Assembly (NCBI GenBank): GCA_951406725.2
Contig: OX597818.1
Location: 146,134,001 to 146,198,000 of the forward strand
Direction of reading: 5' to 3'
Source of the DNA: Octopus vulgaris
Lineage: Eukaryota
Length of the DNA stretch: 64,000 nt
The notes beneath the pieces are model-generated. The model was given only the letters and a program-made list of their open reading frames with translations, was not told the origin of the DNA and ran no database searches. Numbering within the stretch: the stretch's first letter is position 1; every line of letters begins with the position of its first letter. Of this stretch, positions 1 through 13,900 are shown piece after piece. Made by a program: the position numbers and the translations under genes.

Positions 1-1330
1 ATGATGGAGGAATTGGGAGTAGGGGCTAGAGATCTTGGTGTATTTAGGCTGGGTGGCGGAGAAGTTGAGGTTTAAGTGTGAGTCTGTGTGTTTGTAGTGG
101 ATGGAGGTGGTGAGAGTGGAGTGATGAATGCTGACCGAAATGTCGAGAAAGGCGACTGAAGTGTCGGAAATAGTGCAGAAGTGGAGGGCAGGATAGAAAG
201 ATTCAGGAATGGGACTTGTGAAACTTGAGAATTTTTGGACCTCAACGTAGCTAATGAACAGGTTCGCATAGTTGGGGCCCATTCTCGTTGAGAAGCAGTT
301 AAATGAGAGGACAAGTTCAACCAGACGAAAGAATGTGGATGTATCAGGTTGGGGGTTGGGTCGAAGATCAACGAAATGTTGGAATGCACGCAGCCCCTTG
401 TGGTGAGGAATCACCGTGTATAGGCTCTTGATGTCAAAAGTGAAGAGAAGTTTAGAAGGGCCAAGAGGGAAGGAGAAAGAGTTGAACAAACGAAAAGCAT
501 GGCTTGTGTGATGAATGTGAGAGGGGAAGGAAGCCACTAGGGGACAAGTACATGGTCAAAATATCTGGAGATGAGTTCGGTGGGGAAGTTGCAGGTGGAA
601 ACGATGGGGCGGCCAGGGTTGTTAGGCTTGTGGATTTGGGGGACGAAGTAAATTGTGGGGATGCGAGGGGTGCGGACAATGAGGTTAGAGGTGGAGAGGG
701 AGACGGGAGGAGGAGATGAGGTCATGGATAGTGGAGTACACAGTTTGTTGGTAGCTGGGCGTGGGATTAGAGGGCAGAGGGTAGTAGAGGTGTCTTGAAA
801 TTGGCGGAGAGCTTCCGCCTTGTAGAGGTCTGCGTGCCACAACACCATGGCTCCACCCTTGTCGGTCAGTTTTATGATGATGTCCGTGCGGCGTCGGAGA
901 CATCGAAGGGCCGAGAGTTCGGCTGGGGAGATGTTCAGATGTCGGAAACGCTTGGAAAAGTCAAACCAGTCCACAGCGCGCAAACAGATCAACTGCTTGG
1001 AACTGGCCAGGAGCTGGCGTCCACTGGGATGGTCGGTGGCCCAAGTCAGTGAAGCAGTCCTTCTCATTAGATACAGGTGGAGTGTCGCAGAAAAGCACAC
1101 ACAACGTAACGCGGCGCACAAAGCACGAGTCCGAAATTCATTGCTGGATGGAGCGAGGGGGATGAAGCGCAGACCCCTACTGAGAGGAGAGCGCTCTACC
1201 CCAGAGAGGGGGAGATCTGGAGGGATGGTAACAATAGACTGAAGTGGAGAAGGGGTGGAAGGCTGGGAGGGAGGGAATGAGGGGTATGTGGGTAGGGCTT
1301 GGGAGGGACGGGGTTGGTGAGGGTGGGAGA
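1..1330 (-). mobile_element. Penelope-like retroelement, decayed RT region (runs off window start)
   Basis: ORF 537..1121 has DIIIKLTDKGGAMVLW and PRIPTIYFVPQIHKPNNPGRPIVS, typical Penelope RT N-terminal motifs. Frameshifted. The 72..389 translation matches the copy at 34.3-34.5 kb (LSPPPS.TN..THT). Confidence 0.85.
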
Positions 1331-1357
1331 GCGTATATATATATATATATATATATA

Positions 1358-1890
1358 ACGGGAAGCTTTATGAAAATAAACAAAAGACGAAGGCAGGTGG
1401 AAAACAAACGAACAATTGTATTAGTATGGCGCTCAGGAAATATAAATAAAACAAGTCTTTAACGTTTCGAGCCTACGCTCTTCAACAGAAAGATACACAG
1501 AGAGAGAGAAAAACACAGAAAGAAGGAGAGAAAAAAATGCGTGCAGTAGCTAACGAATCAACATGGCGATCTGATTTCGGCCAGAGGTCAAAGATCAAAC
1601 ATGAGACGCGAGAGCGAAATAAGGGGAGATAATAGGGTTGATAAAAGGGTTGAGGGACCAGCTAAAAGTGCGTGGGAGGGGTCTGGATGTGTGTATGTAT
1701 AGGGTTGGTGTATGTATTAGTATGTATAAGGGTGTGTGTGTGTGTGTGTGTGTATGAGAGAGTATTAGTGCGTAAGATTGGTCTGGACGTGCGTATGTAT
1801 GGGGTTGGTGTATGTATTAGTATGTATTAGTATGTATTAGTACGTATTGGTAGGTATAGGTGTGTGTGTGTGTGTGTGTGAGAGTATAAG
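1358..1890 (-). mobile_element. Penelope pseudo-LTR-like unit upstream of the RT body
   Basis: Abuts (TA)n, carries a hammerhead-like motif and an internal ~110-bp tandem duplication (ggtctgga..gtatgtattagtatg at ~1680 and ~1779). Related unit at 59897-60040. Confidence 0.6.
1456..1493 (-). ncRNA. Minimal hammerhead ribozyme-like motif (CUGUUGA variant core)
   Basis: Minus strand reads TCTTT-CTGTTGA-A-GAGC-GTAG-GCTC-GAAA-CGTT-AAAGA, giving 5-bp stem I, 4-bp stem II and palindromic stem III. Confidence 0.6.
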
Positions 1891-1957
1891 TATGCATACG
1901 AATCATACAATATACATACATTCATCTGTTTATCTTTCTCTCTCTCTGTGAGTATGC

Positions 1958-2030
<73 letters not shown>

Positions 2031-2367
2031 TGTGTGTGTGTGTGGAAATTGATAACCAAAAAGTTCGTAAAGTGTACAATCCTCTACTTCCCAAATCAGA
2101 TTTAGATCAGAAATATAATGTAGAAATCAAAGAGAAAACCGACTCGAAAAGAGTCCCCGATGATATTTACCATATTGAGTTGTTCAGACAATACCGTGTC
2201 ATACTCCCCTCTGTAAACACATTGATCTATTGAGTGAGCCCGCTGAAAAGCATGTAACCAACGGAGCTTTTGTTCTCTGATTGATTATACAAAATACAAA
2301 GGAAATATTGAAATCGACACCAGAGGACTGATTTATGTTTACCTCTACATGAATAAGCGTGAGAGAA

Positions 2368-2399
<32 letters not shown>

Positions 2400-3437
2400 G
2401 GCAGAGAGAAAGAGAGAGGGGGAAGAGAGAGAGAGAGATTGATAGACTGATTGAGAGAGAGGTTCCCCACTGAAAGAACTGTTTCCCAAATACAACAAAA
2501 TGTTCGCAATGGATATAAACCTCCATAAGCCAATAATACTTATCCTTTAACAACTCCGTTATATTGCCATCTACACATTTTCGTCTAATTAAATTATTAG
2601 CTTTAAAGCAACGGGCTTCAAATGTCTAGAAGCATTGTATGAAACCGAAATATATTTATTATGATTAATTTGTTAAACATGCGTTTGAAGCAACTTGATG
2701 GTTCTAAGATGGGTTAATAACGATGTTCTTCCTACTGTTTAGAAATCTTAATTTGTTTTTTCTTTATCCACGCAAGTAATTTTAATTATTCTCAACATTT
2801 TCTGGTTGAACTTCTATGATTTAATTTTAAGCAATTCCTTCCGTGGTTTTGACTGCGATAAAATACAGTGTAAATACTACGTGTATACACACGCGTTTGT
2901 GTATCTCTATGTAAATTTAATAATCGCTCAAGTTTATACGAAAGGAATGAGTTCCTTCTTGATATCGTTTGAAGCAGAGCATTATGGAGCTTAGGAAGTT
3001 ATGTTGTTTAGTTACTTTTGAAGAATTGAAAGCTGCAAAACAATTAATGAATGTGTGTGTGTGTGTGCGCGTGTATTTACGTATGTATGTTTGTGGAGAG
3101 GAATGGAGAGAAACAGAAAGAAGGATAAATTGAGAGAGAAGACAGGTAGAGAAGTACTCGAAAAAAAGGAGAAAAAGGAGAGATACTAAAGATAACATAG
3201 AGTAAGAAAGGCATACACGTGCAAACACAGGAAGCAAGAGAGAGCAAGAGAAAGAGCTTGGAAGAAAAAGGAGAGCTGGAGAAAAGCCAGCAAGAGGAGC
3301 AAAAGGAGTGGCAAATACACCCTTCTTCTGAGAACTCAATATTTATTCCACTTGTTTTATTTGTATTATACATCTACGGATCACTAACTTCCTCGGATTA
3401 TACTGTTTTATTAATAATAATGATGATTTGAAATCAG

Positions 3438-3468
<31 letters not shown>

Positions 3469-3485
3469 GTTGTTGTTATTGTTAT

Positions 3486-3694
3486 GCTAGCTGGCAGAAT
3501 CGTTAGCACGTCGGGCAAAATGCTTAGCGGCATTTCGTTTTCTTTTACCTTCTGAGTTCAAATGCCGTCGAGGTCGACTTTGCCATTCATACTTTCGGGG
3601 TCGATGAAATAAGCACCAGTTGAGCACTGGAGTCGGAGTTTTCGATTATCCCACTCCACAAAAATTGCAGGCCTTGTGCTTATAGTAGAAAGGA
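3486..3694 (+). mobile_element. tRNA-derived SINE, family A
   Basis: A-box/B-box-like head (gctggcagaatcgttagc...gagttcaaatgcc), central gtcgactttgcc..tcat.ctttcggggtcgat core, (ATT)n tail. Many copies in the window. Confidence 0.85.
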
Positions 3695-4277
<583 letters not shown>

Positions 4278-4408
4278 ATACTTACCAGGCACAGGGGGAA
4301 ACCACTATCAGCAAGGTGGTTTTCCCAGAGTGAGGCCCTTCCATTGCATTCCGGTTGGGTTGACGTTTGCGATCGCCCCAAATGTGGGTGACTCGGTGCG
4401 TTATTTCT
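4278..4408 (+). pseudogene. U1: U1 snRNA retrocopy, 3'-truncated at the Sm site
   Basis: ATACTTACCAGGC...AAGGTGGTTTTCCCAG...CCATTGCATTCCGG...TGCGAT..CCCCAAATGTGGG..ACTCG follows metazoan U1 stem-loops I-III. Stem-loop IV is absent and there is no upstream promoter (flanked by ATT repeats). Confidence 0.92.
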
Positions 4409-4409
4409 C

Positions 4410-4472
<63 letters not shown>

Positions 4473-4499
4473 TTGCTAGTGCATTCTAATTTAGTTAAA

Positions 4500-4760
4500 T
4501 ATTTCACTTTGAAGTTTGGTGACAACAAGTCTCCTCAAATCTCAAGAATCTTCCTTAAGATTCTTGCAGGATGTAGGATAGTATTTTCTGCGAGTTTCAA
4601 TTCCAATCTCTTTTAATCTTTTAGGCATAATTTTAAGTTCTGTGCCAAGTGCATCAATTACTACAGATGATTTAATACTGTTTGTTTATTTTGTCCTATA
4701 CGAATATACCCGGTTATTTTGCTTCAATAGTATGGTCAGAATTTATGGGGAAATCTTACA
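4500..4760 (-). mobile_element. R4/Dong-like non-LTR element, 3' end fragment
   Basis: Minus translation VVIDALGT..MPKRLKEIGIE..RILRKILEI matches the C-terminus of the RLE-clade copies at 48.1 and 50.0 kb. Confidence 0.65.
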
Positions 4761-4799
4761 AGATCTTGTGATTCTCATTTTTTTTTTTATTAAAATATC

Positions 4800-6530
4800 T
4801 CTGCTACGTTGTTCATAACACAGAAGGATAAATGCAATCTTAGAAAAAAAGAAGGCGAAGGAAAGACACAGGAAGGAACTGCAAAGGAAGTACAACATAA
4901 TGCAGAAAGGACTGCAAATAGTTAAAGAAGAACTAAAACAAAAAAATCAAAGCAGCGTCGATTAAAAAAAAAGTAAAACAGATTCCAACAGGGAACAGAT
5001 AAGTACCAGCAGAATAGACTTTTCAAGAATCCTATAAACAACTGAACAGTGAAGAAGAGCATCAGGGAAATGATATATCATGTTGGAGCAGCAAGGAAAT
5101 TCTGGGCAAAAATCTGAAGCAAACATAATATAAAAGCAGACTGGTTGCGGGAAATTTAAAAGAGAAATGGAAGCTGGAGTGGCACAAGAATATATAACAA
5201 TGACAAATAAGAAAATAAAAGAGACAATCACGGAAAAGAAAGTCAAAGAGATAATAAAGAATAAAGCAAATTGGAAAGCCCCCCTCCCCCCGGTTCAGAT
5301 GGCGTATTGGGTTTCTGGCTCAAAAACCTCCCAAGTTTACACTTTTTTATACGACCATCTTTTACTTACTGCATAGAAGATGGAACTCCCAACATGGATG
5401 ACAAAAGAAAGGACAGCACTGATGCATAAGGACAAAGAAAAGAAAGTCAGCAATTATAGACCTATTACTTGCTTATCATTACTCTGACATTCATAGCAGA
5501 TGAAGTATATAATTTTCTGGAAAAGAACCTACTACCAGAGGTGAAAAAAAGGATGTAAATCAAGGGGTAGAGCTGATCTGCTATAAATAGGTAGCAGAAT
5601 ATTAAATGAGGTACAGGTAAACGGGAAGAATTTAGCTTTTGAATGGAAGGCTTACGACAATGTCCCACACAGCTGGCTCTTGAAGTGTATGAGGATGCTC
5701 GGAGTGCAAATGAATAGCTAGGTAATATGAAAATAGGCCGAGGAATTTTCCATGGAGACTCGCTCTTTCCGTTACTCCTCGTAATTGCGTTAATTCTGCC
5801 AACAACTATGCTGAGAAAATCCAAGCCACACTATGAGTTTACCAAAACGAAGATGAAAATAAATACCTACTTCATATGGATGGTCTTAAGAAATGTACAA
5901 AACATGAGACAGACTTGAATTCTCTGATCCAAAGAGTGAAAGTATTCAATAAAGAAATTGGAGTGCAGTTTGGAGAAAATAAGTGCGCAGTACTAGTTAT
6001 AGAGAGAGGCCAGAAGATGAAGTCTGATGGCATAAAATTTGTACAAGAAAACATCATTAGATCGCTGTGGAATGATGAGGGGCATAAATGCATAGGAATG
6101 CTGCAAGATGAGTAGATATTGGAAGGAGAAATATGAGAGAGTGAGAGAGTCACTAAAGAGTAAAAAAGGAGAATCAGGAAGGTACTCGAAATATAACTAA
6201 ATGGAGGGAACATCATTAAGGCCATCAATACATGGGCTATTCTCGTATTGAGATACTCCGCTACCTTTCTGAAATGGGTAAAGATTGAATTGCGAAACCT
6301 GGACGGCAGAACTAGAATGTTGCTCACAATGTACAACGTTCTCCGCCCTATAAGTAATACCAACCGACTCTACCTACCAAGAAAAGAAGGTGGCAGAGAA
6401 TTACTAAAAGCAGAAGACACTGTTAGTACTGCGATACAGGGTCTGGAAAATTGTATCGTGCGGAGTAAAGAAAGATTACTTTCGGCAACCAAAGCTACCC
6501 AAAAGGTGACTGAAACAGGAGAATTCAAGA
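4800..6530 (+). mobile_element. R4/Dong-like non-LTR retrotransposon, decayed RT
   Basis: Broken frames with NWKAP, NYRPITCL, KAYDNVPH, RGIFHGDSLFPLLLV, YMDGLK, FGENKCA, RLYLPRKEGGR. Confidence 0.88.
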
Positions 6531-6693
6531 GCACAGTCGCTGTGAAAACGATTATCTTCCATGTAAATATGCATAACTTTATTCGATTTTGTACATAGAC
6601 AATCTAGTGTGTTTATTTGAATGGCATTTCAATGTATTCAGAGAGGCTTTTGCTCTGTGTCGGGAAAACACACGGCAAGATATGGAAAAACCC

Positions 6694-6745
<52 letters not shown>

Positions 6746-6747
<2 letters not shown>

Positions 6748-6867
6748 TCTTTCTACTGGAGGCACAATGCCTGAAATGGTGGGGGACGGGGCTATTCGGT
6801 TACATCGGCCCTAATATTTAATTGGTATTTAATTTATCGATCCCAATGGATGAAAGGCAAAGTCAAT
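6746..6867 (-). mobile_element. SINE family A, 5'-truncated
   Basis: Reverse complement of the gactttgcctttcatcc core and tail, between (TAA)n tracts. Confidence 0.75.
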
Positions 6868-6877
6868 AATAATAATG

Positions 6878-6949
<72 letters not shown>

Positions 6950-6967
6950 TATGTATGTATGTATGTG

Positions 6968-7000
<33 letters not shown>

Positions 7001-7023
7001 ATGCGCGCGCACACACACACACA

Positions 7024-7896
7024 TGAGGGAGTACCCAAAAGTAACCGGAAGCGTTCTCTGTGGGATAAGCAGATTGTAGTTCAGGCTTCCGCCGCAAGAA
7101 GTCACCTGATGCAGCCCTCAAGCATTAGTCTACCGACCAGCGTCGTCCAGTGAGGACGTATTTCCACGCGGTGCGTCTTTGTTTTGCAGTACTTCTCCCC
7201 TGTACATCGACTTTTGCGATGGTTGAAACGAAGAAACAGCGTGCTTCCGTGAAACTCTATTTTCTGCTGGGGAAAACGGCAGCCGAAACAGTTGTCATAT
7301 TTCAAACAGCTTAAAAGGACGCTGCCATGATCAAAATACAAGTTTACCAGTGGTTTTCACGCTTTAGGAATGGTTATTTGTCGTTTGGGGACCAACCTCG
7401 TACAAGGCGACCGTCGACCCCACCCCCGAACGAAAGAAAACATTACAAAACAATTGACGAACTTGTTATGACTGGTGTGTCCTGAAGCTTCTGCCAACGA
7501 ATTTTGAGCGAGAAATTGCGAATGAAAAGATTTGCAGCAAAATTCGTGCCTCGCTTGCTCATGGAAGTTCAAAAGCAGTCAAGACTGAATGCGTGTCGTG
7601 AACTGAAAGAATGGTTGGTAGTTGGTCCGGACCTTATTTTGAAGGTCATCACTGGTGATGAAAGCTGGTGCTATGGAATTTGCTGATATGAAAGAGGTAA
7701 AGAAAAAATTGACGGAGGCATTAAAAGGCATCACTTCGCAAGAGTTCCAGCACTACTACGAACAGCGGAAAACGCGTTTGGACCGATGCATTGCATGAAA
7801 TGGAGAATACTTTGAAGGCGATAAAAGTGTAAACGTGTAAAACTAAGTGAATAAAATAATATTACAAAATTCCGGTTTCTTTTGGATACTCCCTCG
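7024..7896 (+). mobile_element. mariner transposon, internally deleted
   Basis: TIRs tgagggagtacccaaaagtaaccggaa / ttccggtttcttttggatactccctcg followed by TA. Transposase remnants LGKTAAET, VYQWFSRF, KFVPRLL, VITGDESWCYG. Confidence 0.92.
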
Positions 7897-8229
7897 TACA
7901 TATACATACACATGCATGTGGGTAATAAAATATCAAATGACATAAGATAATTGGTACACACACTGAACGTTCAGGTTGAACTTGTGCCTAAACTACGACT
8001 TTAACTTCAGGAGTGTGGCACTTGCTTAAATGAAAATTCTCTATAAGCAATATATCGAACAAGGTGATATAAGTATAACAGAACACAGGCATAAACGGGG
8101 AGCTAACGCGTATCAAGGCATTTCATAACAGACACACACACACACACACAGACACACACACACACACACACATTTAATTACATAGCATATTGATGAGAAA
8201 TACAAATATACATAAAGGAATGTATATAT

Positions 8230-8360
8230 AGTAAGAAGTCAGGGTTCGTACGGAATGGAAAAAGTTCATACTTTAGATGTAGATGGTATGCCGGTAGTTC
8301 TTTACAACTGTTTCTAGAATGGTTGTGCTATTGGTGTAGATCTCTTCATGCTGTCTGCAT
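8230..8360 (-). mobile_element. Possible Penelope pseudo-LTR remnant with a degenerate hammerhead-like motif
   Basis: Minus strand ATGAAGA...GAAACAGTTGTA resembles GAAACAGCTGTA at ~59713. Abuts a short TA run. Confidence 0.35.
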
Positions 8361-8419
8361 CACCAAAATTTAGTGTCAACCTGTTTCGACCATGGAATTC
8401 ACACTACTATCCATTTACA

Positions 8420-8790
8420 TAAGTTATAGTACTTGGTTTTCTCCTGATCATTTTGCCTTTTATTAAAAAATCTTTATAAAAACTATATTAGTCTTCTCTC
8501 TTTGCAGTTATCTAATAATGTTTCCTCAGCATTTAAACATTTTTTTGCTGCTCTTAGTACTTCATCATTGGCTTTGTGTTCTAACCATAACATTCTCAGA
8601 AGTCTTGTATATTTTTGTATCTCAAAGGGTTGTCATTTATTTGATAATGCTTTTATTAATGTCTCTACTCCAGCTCCATATAATAGAGTAGACAATATAT
8701 AACACTTTAGATTAGTTTTCTGGTTTTGATATTAATATTTTTATGTTGTAAGTATGTTTGACATTCTTTCAAATGATTTTCTACTTGATT
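8420..8790 (-). mobile_element. Old RTE-clade LINE fragment (post-RT region)
   Basis: Minus translation KCYILSTLLYGAG..FEIQKYTRLLRMLWLEHKANDEVLR parallels LTTLLYGCETW..LLHIRWQDKVPDTEVL in the intact RTE. Confidence 0.75.
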
Positions 8791-10349
8791 ATTGTATCAC
8801 TGAAAAGAAAAAGAGGCTTAAAAATAAAAGGCTGGCTAGTGGAATTTCTATAGTTGAAGGAGAATTGTCAGTTGCAAGATGTTTAATATTAAAAGAGATG
8901 TCGAAATGTTTGAGAGAAGAGGATACGGGTTTATCAACTCTAGGTTTATTAGTTGTCATTTATTGATTTTTCTTCGTCGCAGGTCAGAGTTGATACAATA
9001 AAATGATCAAGTCGTGATGATGCCTCTTTGTTAACATCTTGGACCGCGTCGTTCAACATTCCAACGAGTCGTTCATTATTTAAAATGACAGGAGGTGCTT
9101 AGAGGGAGGTTTGGATGCCATTTCTAGCAAATCGAGCGCTCAATTGGCGGTTTCTGAGTTGGAGCATTAAATAAATCTACTGTTAGCTCATGTTGGCTTA
9201 TTCTGAAGTACGATACTTTGTTATACACTACTTCGTTCTTTGCTGTTGGGAATACTCATGATTAACTCGTATGAAAGTTCGCTTCACAACTAATTGGTTT
9301 CGGATTCTATTCCACTGTGTGGTGTCTTGGGTAAAAGTCTTCTATTATATGCTCAGGAAATTACATGGAAACTGATCGGATGGATCACTTTTGTTCTTGG
9401 ATGGTAAACTTAATCCGGCACTCGGTTTTAGTGACTTGGGTGCTTTAAACAGATTTCTCTCTATCGTTAGCAGTCAGACAAGTTCTCTGGGGCTGACGAT
9501 AGCTTGCTTCCCTCTTCTGAAAAACTTTCGGGTGCCTGAAAAGGATCATAGGCCTTGTCCTTTTTTCTTTGACTAAATTATCACATCCACCTTACACAAA
9601 ACAAATAAAATTAAGGGCTCTGGGAAAAAGCTCATTCGGTATTTTCACGCCATGAATAATTATGAACGTATGACCTTAAGCAATACTCTCTTTTACGCTG
9701 GATAATTATCTACACTGGATAATTAACGTTCTATATATAATTAATTTTTCTATATTACGCCAATATATCAAACACAAGCAAGAATTTCAAAAGATTCGTT
9801 TTAAATCCTGCCATTTAATCAAACTGTACTTTTGAATATAACATTTCATGGCAGTTCAACTAACAGTTTGTATATCTATTGATATATCTGTAGACTCATT
9901 TACACCCCCCCGCTCTCTCTCTCACTCACTCACTCACTCACTCTCTCTCTCTCTCTCTCTATCCGTCTATCTATCTGTCTTCCTGTCTCTCTACTTTATT
10001 AACTATCATATCTATATTCCGGTGTACGTATCTGTCTACTCTCATAACACCGATTAGTATTTAAATGAAATAAAAAAGAAAAAAATTAATAATGATGTTG
10101 TCCCAGCATGGTCACAACCTTTGGTCTGGAATATGTAAAAGATAACATTGTAACACCCACAGCTATTTTCTAACTATGGTTGTTTCACTTTAATTTAACT
10201 ATCCGTTGATATATGTTTTAATGCATAAATTTATAGATCTTCCTGATATTGTTTCATTATGTTAAACATTTCGATTGTGCCTGCGATTTGAACACACAAA
10301 TGCAGGATACAAATTCTCTCTCACCCCTCTTTCTCTGTCTCTGTCTCTG

Positions 10350-10402
<53 letters not shown>

Positions 10403-11073
10403 CACCCTCCTCCTCTCGCGTTCTCTCTTCCTATTGTTTCCATTGGTTCCACTACTTCTGTTTCTTTCTTTCTCCTCTTCCTCACTTCTCTGTTTATGTA
10501 TACCATTCTCCATTGAGTTATTACCTCCCTTGGAGTAAGATATGGACAAAACAACCATATCGCAGGAACAAGCAGAATAATATTGTAAGTAATAATAATG
10601 ATATAGCAACGAAAAAAAAATTCTTGCTTAGTTTAAATCAGAGATCAAAGGATCCTAATGAAAGTGCATCAGCAACAATGTTCATGACAGTGTATGTGTG
10701 GGTGTGTGTGTGTATGTGTGTGTGCGTGTCCCAATGTGAGACAATATAATATGTAATATATAATCACGCGTTACTGCTGATCTCGCATAGGTGATGCAGT
10801 GAATTGAAAAAACTGATATTATCCATGAAATTAGTAGGCTCCGTATCACATGGGTATTGAGTAAGCAGAACGCACTGCTGAGTTATTTCAACCAGTTATT
10901 TTCTTGAACTTAATGAAGCATCAGGAAATCTGCTGAAGTCTTTGTCAGCATATCTGCTAAAAATATCCTCCTCCAGCTCTGACACGAGTTCCCTAAGTTC
11001 AATAATGAAAGCCATTTTTTGAGAATTTTGAATTTTCTTTTGTTATATGTATAGTGGCAAATATATTATCTAT

Positions 11074-11133
<60 letters not shown>

Positions 11134-11141
11134 TATATATG

Positions 11142-11177
<36 letters not shown>

Positions 11178-12075
11178 CATATATATATTATGTATATACA
11201 CACACGTATGTATACATATATATGTATATATGTATATATATGTATATATATATGTATATATGTGTGTATTTATATATATATGTATATATGTGTGTGTGTG
11301 TATGTGTGTGTGTGTGCGCGTATGTGTGTATGTATACACACATTATAGGTAGCATAAAAAAAACAAAACAAAAAAATGTAGGTTTATTATAACAAATTAG
11401 AGAAATAATGATTTTCTCCTCCCAGCGAAGTTCTTTTAGCCTACAGCATTAGATTTCTCTTCATTATAACACATTCACTCCAACACAGAGAGTATATATA
11501 CTTCCCAGAGTTGCAGCTTCCTGACAAACGGTTCCGTTAGTTTTCTCGAATCTGCAGAATTAGGGTGACAAAATGATGCTGGTGTGAAGACAACAAACGC
11601 GTATTTGTTTTGATATATTTGATGAGAAGAATCGGTGGTGATAACCTTGTCAGGTTATTTAATGGTGTTGCGATGATTGTTGTTCCCAGATTGAACATGT
11701 GTAGATCAACGCATCTAATAGAAACAATCCCTCTCAAGGTCTCAATTCAGCTGAATTTTTCCATAAAAGATCGAGTAGAATCGAGCTAGGCCGAAAGGAC
11801 GACAGGCGAATTTGACTTCAGTGGGATTGGAACTCGGAGCACAAAAAGCTGGAGTGAATTCTATAAGACATATAGCCAGCAAAAGACACTCTGTCTGGTT
11901 GTTCAAGCTACCGGAAATAGCAGGCAAACTTCGTTCCAGTCATGTCCTACCGTTCGAAACAATGAAAGACTATTAGCTAATAGTCTAATCTTCTTCACGG
12001 AAGCATCTACAGAGAGAGGCAGTGAAACGGTTGGCAGGACTGGTTTTGTCTTTACTTCTTTACATAGCTGCTTTT

Positions 12076-12132
<57 letters not shown>

Positions 12133-12719
12133 AGAGAGAGAGTGTGGGGGGGGAGGGAGAAAAAGAGAAAGTATGTGAGAGAGAGAAGGAGAGAGAAAGG
12201 AAAAATTGATCCCCACTACTTGATTGGTACGCTATGGTATTTTATTATCGATCCCACATTTACAAAGCTTGTTTTGCAGTACTGAGACACCTCTTATACC
12301 AAAAGATCATCAGCTCAAAATGAAAGGTTCAGAGCTGTATTTTTCTGCAACTAGCAGAAGGAACATCTCTCCTATCATGATTATCTTATAGTTAATTGCA
12401 TTTTTGCAAGGTTATCAGAAGTGTAGGGAGACGAGAAGAGTTAAAACAATCCAAGTAGCCAAATAGTAGAAGGTATTTGAAGAGACGATATTTCTGCATA
12501 ATTTTCTGTCTCTCTTTCCGAAAGACAACTGAATAAGCGCTCTCACTACTTGAAATACTACTTGAAAACTTATTAGAAATAAAATTGATTGTCATGAGCC
12601 TACAACTGAGGGAATCATAATGGTACTGTCAAGAATGAGGCGTAACTTGAACATCTGAATCTGATAGAAACAACCCCTCTCAAGGTCTGAACACAGCTGA
12701 ATTTTTCTATAAAAGATAG

Positions 12720-12880
12720 AGAAGAATCGACCCAGTACTGGCCTGGTTCTTTAAACATTAACACCGAAAGGATGAGAAGCAAAGCTTACGTCAATGGAAT
12801 TTGAACTCAGAGTAAAAGGAGCTGGAGTGAATTCTATAAGACATTTTATCTGATGCTTTAACAAGCCACTAACTGGCTGC
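12720..12880 (-). mobile_element. SINE family A, diverged
   Basis: tcgacccagtactgg...gaaaggatga..gcaaag..gaatttgaactcag. Confidence 0.65.
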
Positions 12881-13149
12881 CTAACAGAATTTTAGAGCAT
12901 TAACTTCATTTCTAAAGATGAAGCTAATAGCATAAATAACCACACTTATTTAGACACTTAAGTAGAATTGTCAGCGTTCTAAGGAAAAAAGAAACATTAA
13001 GAAATCAGGAAAACATTAAAAGCAATTCGATTTCTTTGACAATAAATATAACATACTCATACGCATACATATACACATATATGCGTACATAAATACTTAC
13101 ACACCGCATGCATGTGCTCGTGATTCTCCCTATCTCTGCATACCATTCT

Positions 13150-13900
13150 TGTAAAAAGCCTTAAATCTACAAAACTTAGCCACGAACAATAAAACCAGTT
13201 CCAACATCCAAACTTATCAAGGATACGAAAACAGTAACACCAATTCCAGGATATTTAATCAACGTAGCAGTCCCCCCGGAAAAATCCCTATATTCTCTCC
13301 CTCAAAAGAGAATATCTCCCACAACCGACGATCCCAACATGCATAAAGAAACATGAATTATAACCCGAAAAATAACATCAGACAGAACCAGCGACAATCT
13401 AAACTTAAGAATGAACTTAATTACCACAGGAAACTTGATAAAAACTGAGACCTCTCCAACGTATACAGAATGGCAGACTTAATGATCAGTCGGTTGTCGT
13501 GTGTTTCAAGCTGGATTGGAATGTTATTTCCTGCAGAAGGTTAGCCTGGAACTCAAACAAATGAAGCAACCCACCAAGGCGATAAGCATTGGAAATGAAA
13601 CCAGTTCAACGTGGCTGTGTTTGACAAGAGACCACAGCTGGGATCCTTTCACGGGCGAAAACTAATTCTGCCTTTGTTTCCCAAATCAAGCAAAATGTTG
13701 TCCTGATGATGATAACGAAGGACCTCCGACATTGCTTTGGCTTTAATTATCCAAGTACGTCTAAGTAGTTCCTGTAGTTTCTGCATAAAGCAAAGCATCT
13801 TCGATGTTTATTTCGCCTAATTAAAGAAGCAGACAACGGTAATGGTATAGTCATTATGGATAATGAATACTATAAAAATGCCTCATTATCCTTACTATAG
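13150..13900 (+). mobile_element. Penelope-like relic
   Basis: IKEADNGNGIVIMDNEYYK at ~13820-13880 resembles the Penelope RT IKxADKG motif. The upstream extent is uncertain. Confidence 0.5.

Noticed and set aside
10770-11045. Possible hAT transposase remnant (IHCIT motif, minus strand)
   Set aside because: A single short motif in broken frames is too weak to call.
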